Shown piece by piece: positions 13,117-25,045 of a stretch of DNA of 64,000 bases. The notes beneath the pieces were generated by a model. That model was not told where the DNA came from. It was given only the letters and a program-made list of their open reading frames with translations, and searched no databases. Position 1 is the first letter of the stretch; every line of letters starts with the position of its first letter. The stretch is taken from assembly GCA_951406725.2 (NCBI GenBank), contig OX597831.1, positions 49,476,001 through 49,540,000 of the forward strand. The letters are read 5' to 3'. The position numbers and the translations under genes were made by a program. The DNA comes from Octopus vulgaris. Lineage: Eukaryota.

Positions 13117-15140
13117 TATTTCATCATATTTGCCATAAAGGCAGTATTTAGAGTATAGTAGCTTTGCGGGCTGGACAAGGACATTAATGAAATGAATGTT
13201 AACGAAACAAAGATGATAAGGATGGGAAATGACAAAAGCGTCCGCCGATTTTGCTTCTCTAAAACATTGTTCTTTGAAAACAAACACAAAACGAGGTATT
13301 AAACTTCTTACAGTTTTTACAATTTAAAAAAAATTTTGGACTTCACAGTCCATTACAAATAATGACATAGTTCACAAAACTGAATCATCCTCCCCGACCA
13401 GGCTGTACGCTACCCTTAGGCCTTGCTCCAGATCCAGGTCGGCGCCCCAGAATGCAAATCTGAATATGTCCTTCGAGAAGACGCCCATCACACTGAACAT
13501 ACCGACATCCTTCATAGTCACCTGCGAAGGCCAATCTTCGTCCCCTGTCCAGGGCATGGGTTCCTCTCCGGTCATCTAGCTTCTCTACGAAGCTCGGTAC
13601 TGCTCCTCCTTTCTGGAAAAAGATGACAAAATCATCTTTCCTCCTTCTGGAAGGGGCCGCTGTTTCCTCTGTCGCTTCCACACATCCCGCCGACAAAGTT
13701 TTCGGGCGTGCCTGCGATTCACCATCAACCGCCGGCAATGTCCTGTTCTTCTTCTTTTTACGTTTCTTCTTTTCCTTCACGACAGGAGGATGGAGTTCAT
13801 CCCTCTTGTCTGGAAGTCCTTCCATTCCTCCCGCCAACTCAGGATCCATTGGTGGGCAGCCATTGTTACCCACCTTCTTTCTTTTTCTCCCTTTCTTTTT
13901 CGATGGGGTTGCCTCCCCTCGACTTTCTCCCTCTCTCCCTCCCCTCCAATGGGGGAGCAGAGAGCTCTTCTATTAACTGTTCCAGGACCTTTGCTTGGTC
14001 CCGGCGGCAGTTTTTTTTTATGTGGTCAAATTCCAGACACAGGTGACACTGGGTGGGTGGGGCTTCCCTCAAGGATCACCGGGTACCTGGAACCGGCCAT
14101 TGTTAGAAAATCTGGCAAAACCAGATCATCGGCTGATTGGGTCCATAGGGCCAAAATTGCTTTTGATTCTACCCAATCAGCCGCAGGGAGAATTCTGACA
14201 TTCAAGAGCCTGGCAGTGCTTCCACCCAGACCCCGACGGATAGTGTCTTCTAACCATTCGGGTTCTATACCGGGTGGCAACCCACACACCCAAGCTCTTG
14301 TCAGTCTCCTCCCTTCATAAATGGGGAGAAGCAAAATTTCCTCCCCTTCTAATGGTCTGCTCGCGAAATCCCGAGCCTTTGCAGGAGTGCCAAACAACAC
14401 ACTGTCGTGTATTTAACACCCCTTTGGATAAACTTAATCATTGGCAGGCACTCCGCCAACTCTTTTTCAATGTCTGTCTGCGAGAACACAGTGATGGTGT
14501 CAAGAACCTTAGAATAGGTTCTTAACATCACCGTTCTCTCAGAAAAATTTTGCAACCACTGTTTGGGGGCCACTATTTGCCACCCCAAAAGAGTATTTTT
14601 TGTTGCCATATTAACGAAAAATATATAAAATGTAAAATGTTCAACACAAAAGTTAAAAAATTAAAATACAAAAAAGAATGGAAAGACAGAGGAGAGAAAC
14701 AGAGCGAAGGAAGACAGTTCAAATGGCAACACAATTCTGCTACTCAGGTAAGCCACCGTGTTCCAGCACAAAATTTCGATTTTGGTTTCTCACAATTAAG
14801 TGAGACACAAACACACACAAAAAAACAAAAAAAAAACAGTAATTTTCCTGGCCGTCCCGGTACTCCCGGTCAAAATGGTAATCCACGGGCACAAAAACAG
14901 TCAGAAATACCAGTCAAAAAATAACAGTTAAAATAACACAATTTTCAGGAGGGATACGCCTCCCAAAACAAACTTCCCAGAACTAAGTGAGACTTTAAGC
15001 GCGACCACTAGCAGACAAATGCATGGAACCTCTTGTTCGAAAAATTAAATAATACGAGCAACAGACCCCACTAGGCCCCCGACATACACCGACGTGACTT
15101 CCACTGCGACAAAAAAAAAACGCGTCCACTCTGTACTGAA
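13117..15140 (-). mobile_element. ORF1-only non-autonomous non-LTR retroelement (L1/Tx1-like or related), 2024 bp
   Basis: 15-bp TSD GTAAGCAAGCTACTT (13102-13116) / GTAAGCAAGATATTT (15141-15155); 5' end TTCAGT; 3' end ...GATGAAATAAA; one frameshifted gag-like ORF; no room for RT or endonuclease. Confidence 0.8.
13372..14609 (-). pseudogene. Frameshifted retroelement ORF1 / gag-like nucleic-acid-binding protein (~400 aa reconstructed)
   Basis: Track ORFs 14349-14609, 14026-14400, 13866-14072 and 13385-13873 join into one protein with an RRM-like segment (WVCGLPPGIEPEWL), a CX2CX4HX4C knuckle (CHLCLEFDHIKKNC) and a basic K/R tract. Confidence 0.75.
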
Positions 15141-15170
15141 GTAAGCAAGATATTTACCACACAGCCACTC

Positions 15171-15249
<79 letters not shown>

Positions 15250-15273
15250 AATGATATCCATATCTATCTATCC

Positions 15274-15339
<66 letters not shown>

Positions 15340-15747
15340 ATTTTTTTTTAATCGTTTACCCGTTTCAGTCATTTGACTTTGGTCATGCTGGGGTGCTGCT
15401 CTGAGAGGTTTTAGTTGAACAAATAGACTCTTGGACTTATTAATTTTGAAGCCTAGTACTTATTCCATATATATATATATACGCACATGTATATGTGTGT
15501 GTGTGCGCGCGCGCTAGAATGTTAGTTCTAATGTGAAGGTTGCAATCTCAATTTACGTGTAAAACATATTACTCTCCGGTAAGACTATTTTAAAATATGA
15601 GTCATTTGTTATGCACTTTCAGGTTTCAATGTCTATATTTATCAGATGTCACTGGTAAACCAAAAGCCCTACTCAGCTCCCATGTAACTATTCAAAGCTC
15701 CTTTTCCTTCATTGTCAGTTCAATGATAGCTAGATTAAAGGTAAGAG

Positions 15748-16010
15748 ATAAATAAAAATAAATGCGCCCTTTTAAAGCATAGCCAGGCTCATGGGCCCGG
15801 TTTCCCGGTTTCTATGGCGTATGTGTTCCCCAGCTGGACGGGACACCAGTCCATCGCAGCGTTACTCATTTTTGCCAGCTGAGTGAACTGGAGCAACGTG
15901 AAATGAAGTGTTTTGCTCAAGAACACAACGCGTCGCCCGGTCCAGGAATCGAAACCACAATCTTACGATTATGGTGCTGACACCCTAACCACTAAGCCAC
16001 GTTCCTCCAC
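15748..16010 (-). mobile_element. CORE-type SINE (body X, tail 2)
   Basis: tRNA head plus CORE-like body as in 6967-7286, but a different tail (GTCCCGTCCAGC..GAAACCGGGAAACCGGGCCCATGAGCC) and (TTTA)n end. Confidence 0.85.
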
Positions 16011-16705
16011 GATAAGATGTAGTAGTCTTCATTAAAGCCCAAAAAGTTTTTCTTCAATTCTATTTGTTAGCAAACAAAGGGATTTTTTCCAGGCAACGGA
16101 GTAAATAGATTTACTGAGCCATTGGAAGATATTTTTCAGAAACATCACATTTACAAATGTTCATGGAAGACAATACATCTTCGACTGGGATTATATACGA
16201 GCTAATATATTTCTAGAAGCAGGTACAAATGTGTCTCTAATCTGATTAAACCGTTTCAGAGATTTAGGCTTAATCTCTCAGCTAACATTATTAGTTGACA
16301 ACTGAACATAATTTGTTGCATGGGTTTATAATTAGATAGAATATTCATTAGAGCAGCGGATAACATGGTCAGAGTTTTGGATAATCATGTTCAGTAATCA
16401 CAAATTCGTGAATAACGATAGTGAATGAAATTAGCGACTAGAAATCTGGATGATTTAGATAAACATATGGACTGTGCAACTGAAGTACTGTGAATTATCC
16501 CTAAATTTGAAGATATCTGTTATAGAAAAATACAATAACATTTTCTACGATACACGAAAACTACAGGATTACAGATTTTCAACGAGTTCCTACGCGCTGA
16601 AGGCTTTAACATCTCTGCAATTCAATAACAGCCTTAATATTTTGATAATTTTAGTGTGGAAGACACATGATATTCATTCAAAAACATACGAAGAAGTTTA
16701 GCTTC

Positions 16706-16810
16706 AGTGTGTCTGTGTGGTAAGATGTAAGCTTACCAGCCACGTAATTCCGGGTTTGGTTCCCCTGTGAGCCGATTTCGTAGACCAGTAACTGAAAGAA
16801 ACCCGTCGTG
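16706..16810 (+). mobile_element. SINE family A 5' fragment, degraded
   Basis: CTGTGTGGTAAG...ACTGAAAGAAACCCGTCGT then microsatellite. Confidence 0.65.
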
Positions 16811-16812
16811 TC

Positions 16813-16894
<82 letters not shown>

Positions 16895-17131
16895 TAGGGT
16901 GAAATATAATTAATTTAATAAAATCAACAAATTTCACCTAGTAGTATTTCGGTATGGAAAAGGACCATATTCAGTAAAAATTAATATAATAATAATGATA
17001 AGGGTTTTTTGCAACAAGTTGCTTAAACCACATACCGAAAATATTAGAAATAGCAGCCAAAGGGTTACCATTTTACTACAAAAATAAGTCTCCACAGACA
17101 ACAATATTTGTATGTATATATATATATATAT

Positions 17132-17195
<64 letters not shown>

Positions 17196-17196
<1 letters not shown>

Positions 17197-17525
17197 AAGG
17201 CGCATGGCTCAGTGGTTAGAGCGTCGACCTTACGATCGTGAGGTTGTGAGCTCGAATCTCGGACCGGGCTGCGTGTTGTGTTCTTGAGCAAAGCACTTTA
17301 TTTCACGTTGCTCCAGTTCACTCAGCTGTAGAAATGAGTTGCGACGTCACTGGTGCCAAGCTGTATAGGCCTTTGTCTTTCCTTTGCATAACATCGGTGA
17401 CGTGGAAAGGGAGGCTGGTATGCATGGGCGACTGCTGGTCTTCCATAAACAACCTTGCCCGGACTTGTGTTTAGGGTAACTTTCTAGGTGCAATCCCATG
17501 CTCATTCATGACCGAAGTGGGGTCT
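17196..17525 (+). mobile_element. CORE-type SINE (body X, tail 3)
   Basis: A box TGGCTCAGTGG, B box GCTCGAATC, CORE-like body, then a third tail type (GCGACGTCACTGGTGCCAAG...). Confidence 0.85.
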
Positions 17526-17526
17526 A

Positions 17527-17619
17527 GAGAATCCAAACAAGAAAACACAAAGAAACACAGCAACGCGAGGACGTGGAACAAATAAAGTATTATTGGACGC
17601 TCAGGAAAGAAGGGAAGGA

Positions 17620-17676
<57 letters not shown>

Positions 17677-18020
17677 TATACACGAGTGTGCTTGCATGCG
17701 TCTTTGCTTTTGTCTGCAACCAGTATGTTCTTTCTTGTATGGAAAGGGTGGTAAGATTTAAAATCTAAATATTGGCGTGCGCCTATGTCTTTACAGAAGA
17801 GATCGTTTGTAACTGTCTCGTTTTCTTTAATTATTAGAATATCTAGAAAAGATGGTTCCGTTCCATTAATTTCCATATTGAACCGGATCGATTCATGAAT
17901 GCTTTTTATTAATTCAAGAAATCATGGAAGGTCATCGTTACTTTTGCTTCTAATGATAAAGCAGTCGTCCATGAAACGTGTCCACTTTCTTATTAAATAT
18001 ATTTGGAAATGAGGTTTAAA
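17527..18020 (-). mobile_element. Penelope-like element fragment: RT pseudogene piece (17725-18020) plus terminal repeat (17527-17625)
   Basis: Minus-strand [11 protein letters not shown]...FLDILI...DLFCK...QYLDFKSYHPFHTRKNI resembles the PLE RT core/thumb; 17527-17625 matches repeats at 31177 and 35486. Confidence 0.8.
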
Positions 18021-18074
<54 letters not shown>

Positions 18075-18089
18075 TACATACATACACAT

Positions 18090-18142
<53 letters not shown>

Positions 18143-18181
18143 CATACATACATATATATATATATACGTACACACATGTAT

Positions 18182-18270
18182 TAGTGGTTCTTAAACACTA
18201 CGCCGCATTACACTGACCGGTGCACCGCGACTAGAATTTCGATGTGCTGCGAAGAATTAAAAATAAGATG
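18182..18270 (+). mobile_element. Possible hAT-type terminal fragment
   Basis: TAGTGGTTCTTAAAC...GCCGC resembles a CAGTGGTTCTCAAAC TIR; no partner TIR or TSD found. Confidence 0.3.
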
Positions 18271-18703
18271 TTTTTAGACAAGTCATGATAACATATTTGA
18301 ATATTTTGAAATGTTATGCAATAGTTTGTTTTAACCTCTACTGTAAAACCGCTCATGTCTGCATTTTTAACTTTTAACACTATGTTTTGTCTTTAAAACA
18401 GTTTAGTTTTTTTTTTATTTTCCATGTGAAATGCGTCATTAATTTTTAACTTTCTAAAGCAAATGCACTAATAATTAAAATTTTGTTTTGATCTCAAATG
18501 TACCGCTCGACAGCAAGCTTAATTTATTTACAATTTATTTTAAGAAAAAAATAAACATGCATTACCAAAGAAAAAAATAAATATAAATAAATAAAATTAA
18601 AATTGCATTGAACTCCGTCGTTGTCGACCATGAGCATTCGGTTTTCCGATCAACCGAACTAAAATGTCATTGAATTATTTCATGAGATAGACATGTAAAT
18701 GCT

Positions 18704-18870
18704 TACGAAGGGGTACTGAAAAGTTCCTGGTTTTAAGGTTAACGGGAAAGGCCTGGCTGGAGGCTCACCATTCTGTGTTCTTTTGCAGGGCTTAGGAAAA
18801 CTGAAGTACCGCTGCAATAAATGTGTGAATCTGAGAGGTGGGTATGTTGAATAAAATCATAATCAACTTC
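18704..18870 (+). mobile_element. Internally deleted mariner-like element
   Basis: TA+CGAAGGGGTACTGAAAAGTTCC TIR-like start; 18786-18854 reads QGLGKLKYRCNKCVNLRGGYVE*, like mariner transposase C-termini. Confidence 0.65.
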
Positions 18871-19245
18871 TAGTAGAGAAGGCTCATGACCAGGTGATCA
18901 AGGTTTGGGCTCGCGATCAAATGTTGTGAGCTCCATTCCTGAAATGGGCATCACGTTGTGTCCTTGAGCAAGGCACTTCATTTTGCGCTGTTCCAGTTAA
19001 GTCAGCTGTAATGAGTACCAGCGAAGGGTTGGTGCAACTCTGCCTGCTTGACTAGCTGTCAGTATATCTGTCTGTCTGTCTAACACCATCTGTCATATCC
19101 TGAATGTTTTATTGAATCAAGAGTGAGCGGGGCGAGAGGATGCCCATATTTAACTACAACTACACCAACACAAGAAAAAGCAAAATAGAGTACGCATGCC
19201 CAAGCCATCCTAGTTTGCTAATAAAGGTTGATTACAATAGTTAGG

Positions 19246-19558
19246 GTGGAGGCACATGACCTAGTTGCTAGAGTAGCGGACTCGCGGTCGAGGGATTGCG
19301 GGTTCGAATCTCAGACCGGGCGATGTGTGTGTTTATGAGCGAAATACCTAAGCTCAACGCGGCTCCGGCAGAAAGTAATGGCGAACTTCTGCTGACTCTT
19401 TCGCCACAACTTTCTCTCACTCTTCCCTCTTGCATCTTGCAGCTCACCTGTAACGGACCGGTGTCTCGTCCAGCTGGGGAACCTATACGCCAAGCAAACC
19501 GGGAAACCGGCCCTTATGAGCCAGGCGTGGCTCGAGAAGGAACAAACAACAACAACAG
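19246..19558 (+). mobile_element. tRNA-derived SINE (body Y, tail 2)
   Basis: B box GGTTCGAATC; body GAGCGAAATACCTAAGCTC...CACAACTTTCTCTC; (AAC)n tail; exact 11-bp TSD CAATAGTTAGG (19235-19245, 19559-19569). Confidence 0.9.
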
Positions 19559-19836
19559 CAATAGTTAGGCGTGTCACAAAATTTTAAATTTAAATACAAG
19601 CACCCTCGGTCTCCTATTGTTGAATTAGGACTTTTCAGTGTTACGATACTGCTCTAATAGTGGTGTGTGATCGTTTCAATGTTATGATACACTCCAGTAA
19701 CGATGAACGTAAGCAGTACGGTACGATGACTTTGACACCCGTTTTTCTTTTTAAAGCAGAAAAAAAGATTTTATCCTTTATATATATATACTGTTCAGTA
19801 TCTATGCGTTGAATAAAACATATCTTTCTACTTGTT

Positions 19837-19890
<54 letters not shown>

Positions 19891-20531
19891 TATATAAATT
19901 TCTAATTCGACGTTTTGATTTATGTTGAGTTTATCTGTCCCTTGATATCTTATACGTTGATATCTTATGTTATACAGTCGGCAAGAAAACATAATGATGT
20001 CGTGTACTTAAACGGAATGGAAAGAGGATGGGAAAATCACTGAAATTTTGGAATCCTTCGGTCTATACAATCACTATCAGTACTTACATATCACATATCG
20101 TTATCCAAAAGAGCAAACTTTATTCCATGAATTTTTGCCGACTCAGGCAATTACTATTTTATAGGACGCTGGTTTCTAAGCACTTCGTTTACGATCGCTT
20201 CTCAGTTGTTATACAGACATTTATACAAAAATGAAAGGCCATTGTATCGTATTATGAAATCAATCAACATTTATCACTTCTAGCAAAAAAAAAAAAAAAA
20301 AAAGTGGGAGATTTAATAGCAACTGTTTAATAACCAACGAAACTGGTAAACGTAGGAACAATAACTGTGATAGTCCTGCTGAGGTCTATAAAACCCAAAT
20401 GATAGATTTTATAGACAAAAGATGAATATATTATATGTAACATTAGAAGGCAAAGAAACAGTAAAAATCTTATGTGCATTAACGAATGGCTGGTGAACGA
20501 CAAAATATTACTGAAGTAATTTCAAAGCTTG

Positions 20532-20587
<56 letters not shown>

Positions 20588-20965
20588 CTGGGTGCGATAG
20601 GTAAATTGTCGCCACATTATATACGTTTAATTTCGCGCATGCGTATTGTTTTTGATTTTTTCGACTATACAGTATGGTAGGGTCAGTTGGGCACCGTCTG
20701 TGCAAAAACAAAAACAAAACAGCACCACGACGTAATTCACTCTACCAGTAATTTGGAAACGACATGGTATCCACAAAGTTGCAGGGGATTCCGAAGTCGT
20801 CTGGAGGCCATGGATGAAGCCAATGGTGGTTTTATTGGATAAATTTACTCTTTAGTACTTCAAAATATTTCTATATAATTTTGGTAAATATATCAGTTAA
20901 AATGGGATGTCAGTGTTATGTTCATTTTTGCGTAATTTAGAGGACAGTTTAACCACCACACCCTG
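20588..20965 (+). mobile_element. Tc1/mariner-superfamily MITE retaining the transposase C-terminus
   Basis: Imperfect 23-bp TIRs (CTGGGTGCGATAGGTAAATTGTC vs CAGGGTGTGGTGGTTAAACTGTC, 17/23), TA on the left; 20780-20842 reads CRGFRSRLEAMDEANGGFIG*. Confidence 0.7.
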
Positions 20966-21237
20966 TGTGTGCGTGTGCGTATTAAAATACTAGTGTATTT
21001 ACATTGTTTTGTTTCTTTGCTATAACGTAGAAAAGAGTCTATCTATAGATTTTTTTAGTTAACACTATAATATCACGACGAATGTAAGCATTGTATTTAC
21101 ATGCAAATATGATATGCTTATCGATAGTAAAAGAAAGAACGGATGTACATCTCCGTTCTGTTTTGAATCTCGTCAGCAGTTGGGCACCTTTTTTAGTCTA
21201 CCACGAAGGCACTGCTTATCTATCCACCAATATTGAT

Positions 21238-21432
21238 TTAAAATTTTGCTACAAGGCAATCAATTTCGTTGGGGAGGGGCTAAGTCGACTATATCGTCCC
21301 CACTGCACAACTGATACTTATTTTATCGACCCCGAAAAGGATCGGCGGAATTTGAACACAGAATGTAAGGACAGTCGAAATGCTATTAACCATTTTCTCC
21401 TGCGCGGTAGCGATTCTGCTGAGCTTGCCGAC
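21238..21432 (-). mobile_element. SINE family E copy (old tail), degraded
   Basis: TTTATCGACCCCGAAAAGGAT, CGGCGGAATTTGAAC and CGATTCTGC motifs in reverse orientation. Confidence 0.7.
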
Positions 21433-22024
21433 TTATATATTTACTGATATTAGATAGAATATACTGGATACACCAATTTCCATATTTACCGCCTTCTTGG
21501 TAGCTTGATGGAATATAAATTACATGCAATCTCTTTTGTACATTATATCAACTAAACGAAACAGTGACATAATGTGAATTGATATGCGGCTTGCTATTAT
21601 TTAAATTCATATACTGTATAACTTACAGGTTCATTCTATAAAAGCATCTGCTTTTCTTTTTATTGATGATATATTTGTGTTACTTAAAAGTGGCCAATAT
21701 TCTATCAGTCTCACCTAAATGCAATGTTTTATATATTTTTGTCTCACCTTCAAGTGAGGAAGTTATATGATTTTTTGTCATGGGAATTCACCAATAATAG
21801 ATAATTTAACACCGTTAATTTCAGTGCTGGATATAGGATTCGTGAAGGTGGCTTACGAAAAGGTTGCTTATGTACTATTCACATAGATAATCAAATTCTT
21901 AAGTGCATTAGAAATATAAGTAAAGAACTCAGTGAAATTTTAGAAATATCAAAATTTGATCTCAGATTCGGGTTAGAAGAAATATTGGTCTGCAGTGTTT
22001 CCAAAATGAAAGTATTGCGAACAA

Positions 22025-22643
22025 GTTGTTGGCATCCTTTTTTGTCGCGGGAGACAATGGAGTTGCGCATAAAATAATCTAGTCCGGTTTTTACATTTCA
22101 TGTCCTAATACATCTCCTGCTGTGGCTGTGTAGTCCTATCCTGGACAAACACTCCCTCTGGCAGGTGCCGCAAATGTAGCAAAGACTTTGCCTGGCTGGT
22201 TGTAATGTCATAGTTTCTTGTTGACGTCTTTCTTGTCTTTCCATTTCTCCTCTCTCTCTCTCTGTCACTCCTTTGTGTTCCGGAAAATCCTTGGCATCAA
22301 ATGGCAGAATCATGTCCGCAACAAAGATGTCCTCAAGCAAGCAAGAATACCAAGCATGTTTGCATTCCTCACACAAAGACGTATGAGATGGCTTGGATAT
22401 GTTAGCCGTATGGAAGATGGCAGAATCCCCAAGGACACACTCTACGGAGAGCTTTCTAGGGGCACTAGGTCTGTGAGAAGACTGTTCTTACGATACAAGG
22501 ATGTTTGCAAAAAGGACACGAAGGCTTGCAACATCAATATTACCAACTGGGAAGCAGTTGCCAGCAACCGTGGAGATTGGCGACGTACCGTAAAAGAGGG
22601 AATACGAACAAGTAACGATTGAAGAAATAGGCTTTTAGAAGAA
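22025..22643 (-). mobile_element. 5'-truncated RTE-clade LINE with internal inversion
   Basis: Minus 22025-22260: C-terminal CxxC...HxxxC (CGTCQRECLSRIGLHSHSRRC), 3' UTR CCATTGTCTCCCG..GGATGCC and AACAAC end. Plus 22270-22643: the preceding segment RKILGIKWQ..RRMRWLGYVSRMEDGRIPK..LYGEL. Confidence 0.85.
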
Positions 22644-22904
22644 TCGGACTGTTTTTATTTGGTTTAATCAGATGAGGAGGGCAATGACCGTACCTTTTCA
22701 AGAAGGGAACAGGTTACTACTCTCAGAGCAGGCACGTGGTCCGAATGCTTGCAGCAGAGCGGATTCCACTAAAGACACCAAAGTCAGGAGCTGGCATTAA
22801 ATGGGGTAACCGCTGTCACATATGAGACGTAAGAATACCCAGCCGGAATAAGCTACTTAGTCCTCAATTTCTTATTACATGAATAGTCCAAGTCAACGAG
22901 CTAG

Positions 22905-23110
22905 CCTCTGCACGGTCGCTCGACCTGCTCTAAAATAATAGCACTATTTTCCTCAAATCAATCATTGCTATTTTCTAAATAAAGTGGGTCAAGTCACATT
23001 GGATAATGTGGCCATGCATACATGTTGAATTTTTAGAACATGTACGCGATTGTCATGGCTGGAAACCATTAGGTCGTAGATTTCGAGCAGGGCTAACTTA
23101 AAGCTAAAAG
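22905..23110 (+). repeat. Old unclassified interspersed repeat
   Basis: Degenerate similarity (TAGCAGCCAAAT/CCCTCAAATC/CATTGGATAATG-like motifs) to ~3065-3240 (+), ~53505-53670 (-) and ~55065-55270 (-). Confidence 0.4.
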
Positions 23111-23134
23111 ACAGTATCTATCATTTTTGGATGT

Positions 23135-23480
23135 GCTCCACCAGAGTCCTACAACTGTGATGTTTCCTTTGCCATTTTCGTCACTATTGTAATAGCCTGT
23201 TTCTTGGGGTAGGTTAGTCCCATGCCCCCAGCTAACAGAATCCTAGATCCACTCATCTTTCCACGCTCTTGTACCTCCGATATGACTTCAGTCTGTACTA
23301 ATCCTTATGCCCGTTTCTTTCTCCTCAGTGCGTCGGCACTGCGGAGTCACGTCCCTGCTCATGTGTTTCTTGCAAATATCGACCCGCAGCAGTTCAAACG
23401 GACTATTAGAAGTATCAGACTCCCTGCGCTCTAAGGGCCAGCGCTGCCACTGAGAAGTGTCCTTTCCTCAAGACTCAACA
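23135..23480 (+). mobile_element. 3' fragment of a CR1/L2/Jockey-group LINE
   Basis: TNPYARFFLLSASALRSHVPAHVFLANIDPQQFKRTI resembles the 'SFF.R...LWN.LP...FK' ORF2 C-terminus. Confidence 0.6.
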
Positions 23481-23484
23481 ACTA

Positions 23485-23585
<101 letters not shown>

Positions 23586-23591
23586 GATAGA

Positions 23592-24190
23592 TTATATTAA
23601 ATTAGAGACAAAACCACTATTAGGCAAATCATACAATGAAAAACTTAAGCCAATATATAAGATTATTTAATTTATATTATTTAAATATATAACAAAATTA
23701 TAAAAAAAATATAATTAATATAACACTACGATCGTTTCATGGCTGTTAATTTCTTTAAATTTTCGAGTTACAGTCATTCATCAGGTGGTTTAAATATTTA
23801 TCTTGGCGAGGTTTAAACAATGAGGTTTAAATATAGATAGATAGAAAGAGAAAGAGAGAAAGAGAGAGAAACTGAGAGCATACGTCTGTTCATCTACATT
23901 AGTGTGGTGAGTACCTGATTAGTGGCTGGAGGCCAACCAGCTCCGAAGCACAGAGACCACACAGACGTAGATAAATATAAAAAAAGATACGATTCATAAT
24001 TAAATATATGACTAAATAAGGAACCAATAACAAACAAGTCAATTAAATCAAAACAGTGATGGTATAAACGATAAAGTTTACTATCAAACTTCCCGTCTGA
24101 GAAGAATAGGAGAGAAGTAAATATAGATCCAAGCATAAAAGAAATAAGCAGAGATAGAACCAGACAAACAAAGATAGAGGAATACAATAA
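23592..24190 (-). mobile_element. Probable PLE terminal region
   Basis: Abuts a microsatellite and carries a canonical hammerhead; no ORF. Confidence 0.45.
23722..23790 (-). ncRNA. Type I hammerhead ribozyme motif
   Basis: Minus strand: CAC-CTGATGA-ATGACTGT..ACAGCCAT-GAAAC-GATC-GTA|GTG. Complete core; stem I CAC:GTG; stem II 7/8 pairs; stem III around palindromic GATC. Confidence 0.75.
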
Positions 24191-24422
24191 ATGTCATTCG
24201 CGATGGTAATTTCCATCCACTGAAGAATGATTACCGAAAACTGTAAAATTCAAAAATTCTTTTGATGTTTTGTGATTAACAACACTTCGTAGCGAATGAA
24301 TCGTAGAATTGTCAGCACAGTATAAACGTCAATGCGATAATTAGTGAATTAATTATAATTAATCACACCTTGTCAGACCAGGGTTGTAACTTTACTGTCT
24401 CTTCCCAGATATATATGTGTGT

Positions 24423-24457
<35 letters not shown>

Positions 24458-24528
24458 GTATGTGTATGTGTGTATGTGTGTGTATACATGTACATAGATA
24501 CACATATGTAAGATTATATATTTATATA

Positions 24529-24559
<31 letters not shown>

Positions 24560-24801
24560 TCATCAATGTATATATACGTATATATTTATACATGTGCGTA
24601 TATGAATATATATACACACACACACACACACAAACATATTGGCGGTGATCCAGCATGGCCACAACCTAAGGGCTGAAACGTATGAATAACAAAAGAATAA
24701 AAGAATATATACATACATACACTCACATGTCGCGCACACACACACATATATAAATATATATATATACATATATATACATATATATATGTATGTATGTATA
24801 A

Positions 24802-24855
<54 letters not shown>

Positions 24856-24895
24856 GTATATTTTTATATATGTATATGTATATATATATACATAT

Positions 24896-24993
24896 ACTGC
24901 GTGGCATCTTGGGCAAGTGTATTCTGCTATAGACCCGGGCCGACCAATGCCTTGTGAGTGGATTTGGTAGACGGAAACTGAAAGAAGCCTGTC

Positions 24994-25045
<52 letters not shown>

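Larger units (their letters stand above)
12727..15172 (-). mobile_element. SINE family A split by a 2-kb insertion (SINE parts 12727-13116 and 15141-15172)
   Basis: Consensus ...GTAAGCAAGCTACTT|ACCACACAGCCACTCCT is interrupted at 13116 and resumes at 15156. Confidence 0.9.

Noticed and set aside
16930-16980. Hammerhead-like CTGAATA...CCGAAA on the minus strand
   Set aside because: A core G is missing and stems I and III do not form convincingly; at most a decayed remnant.
17196-17270. tRNA genes at SINE heads (also 19246, 42022, 51517)
   Set aside because: A and B boxes are present but run straight into SINE bodies; there is no complete acceptor stem or terminator.
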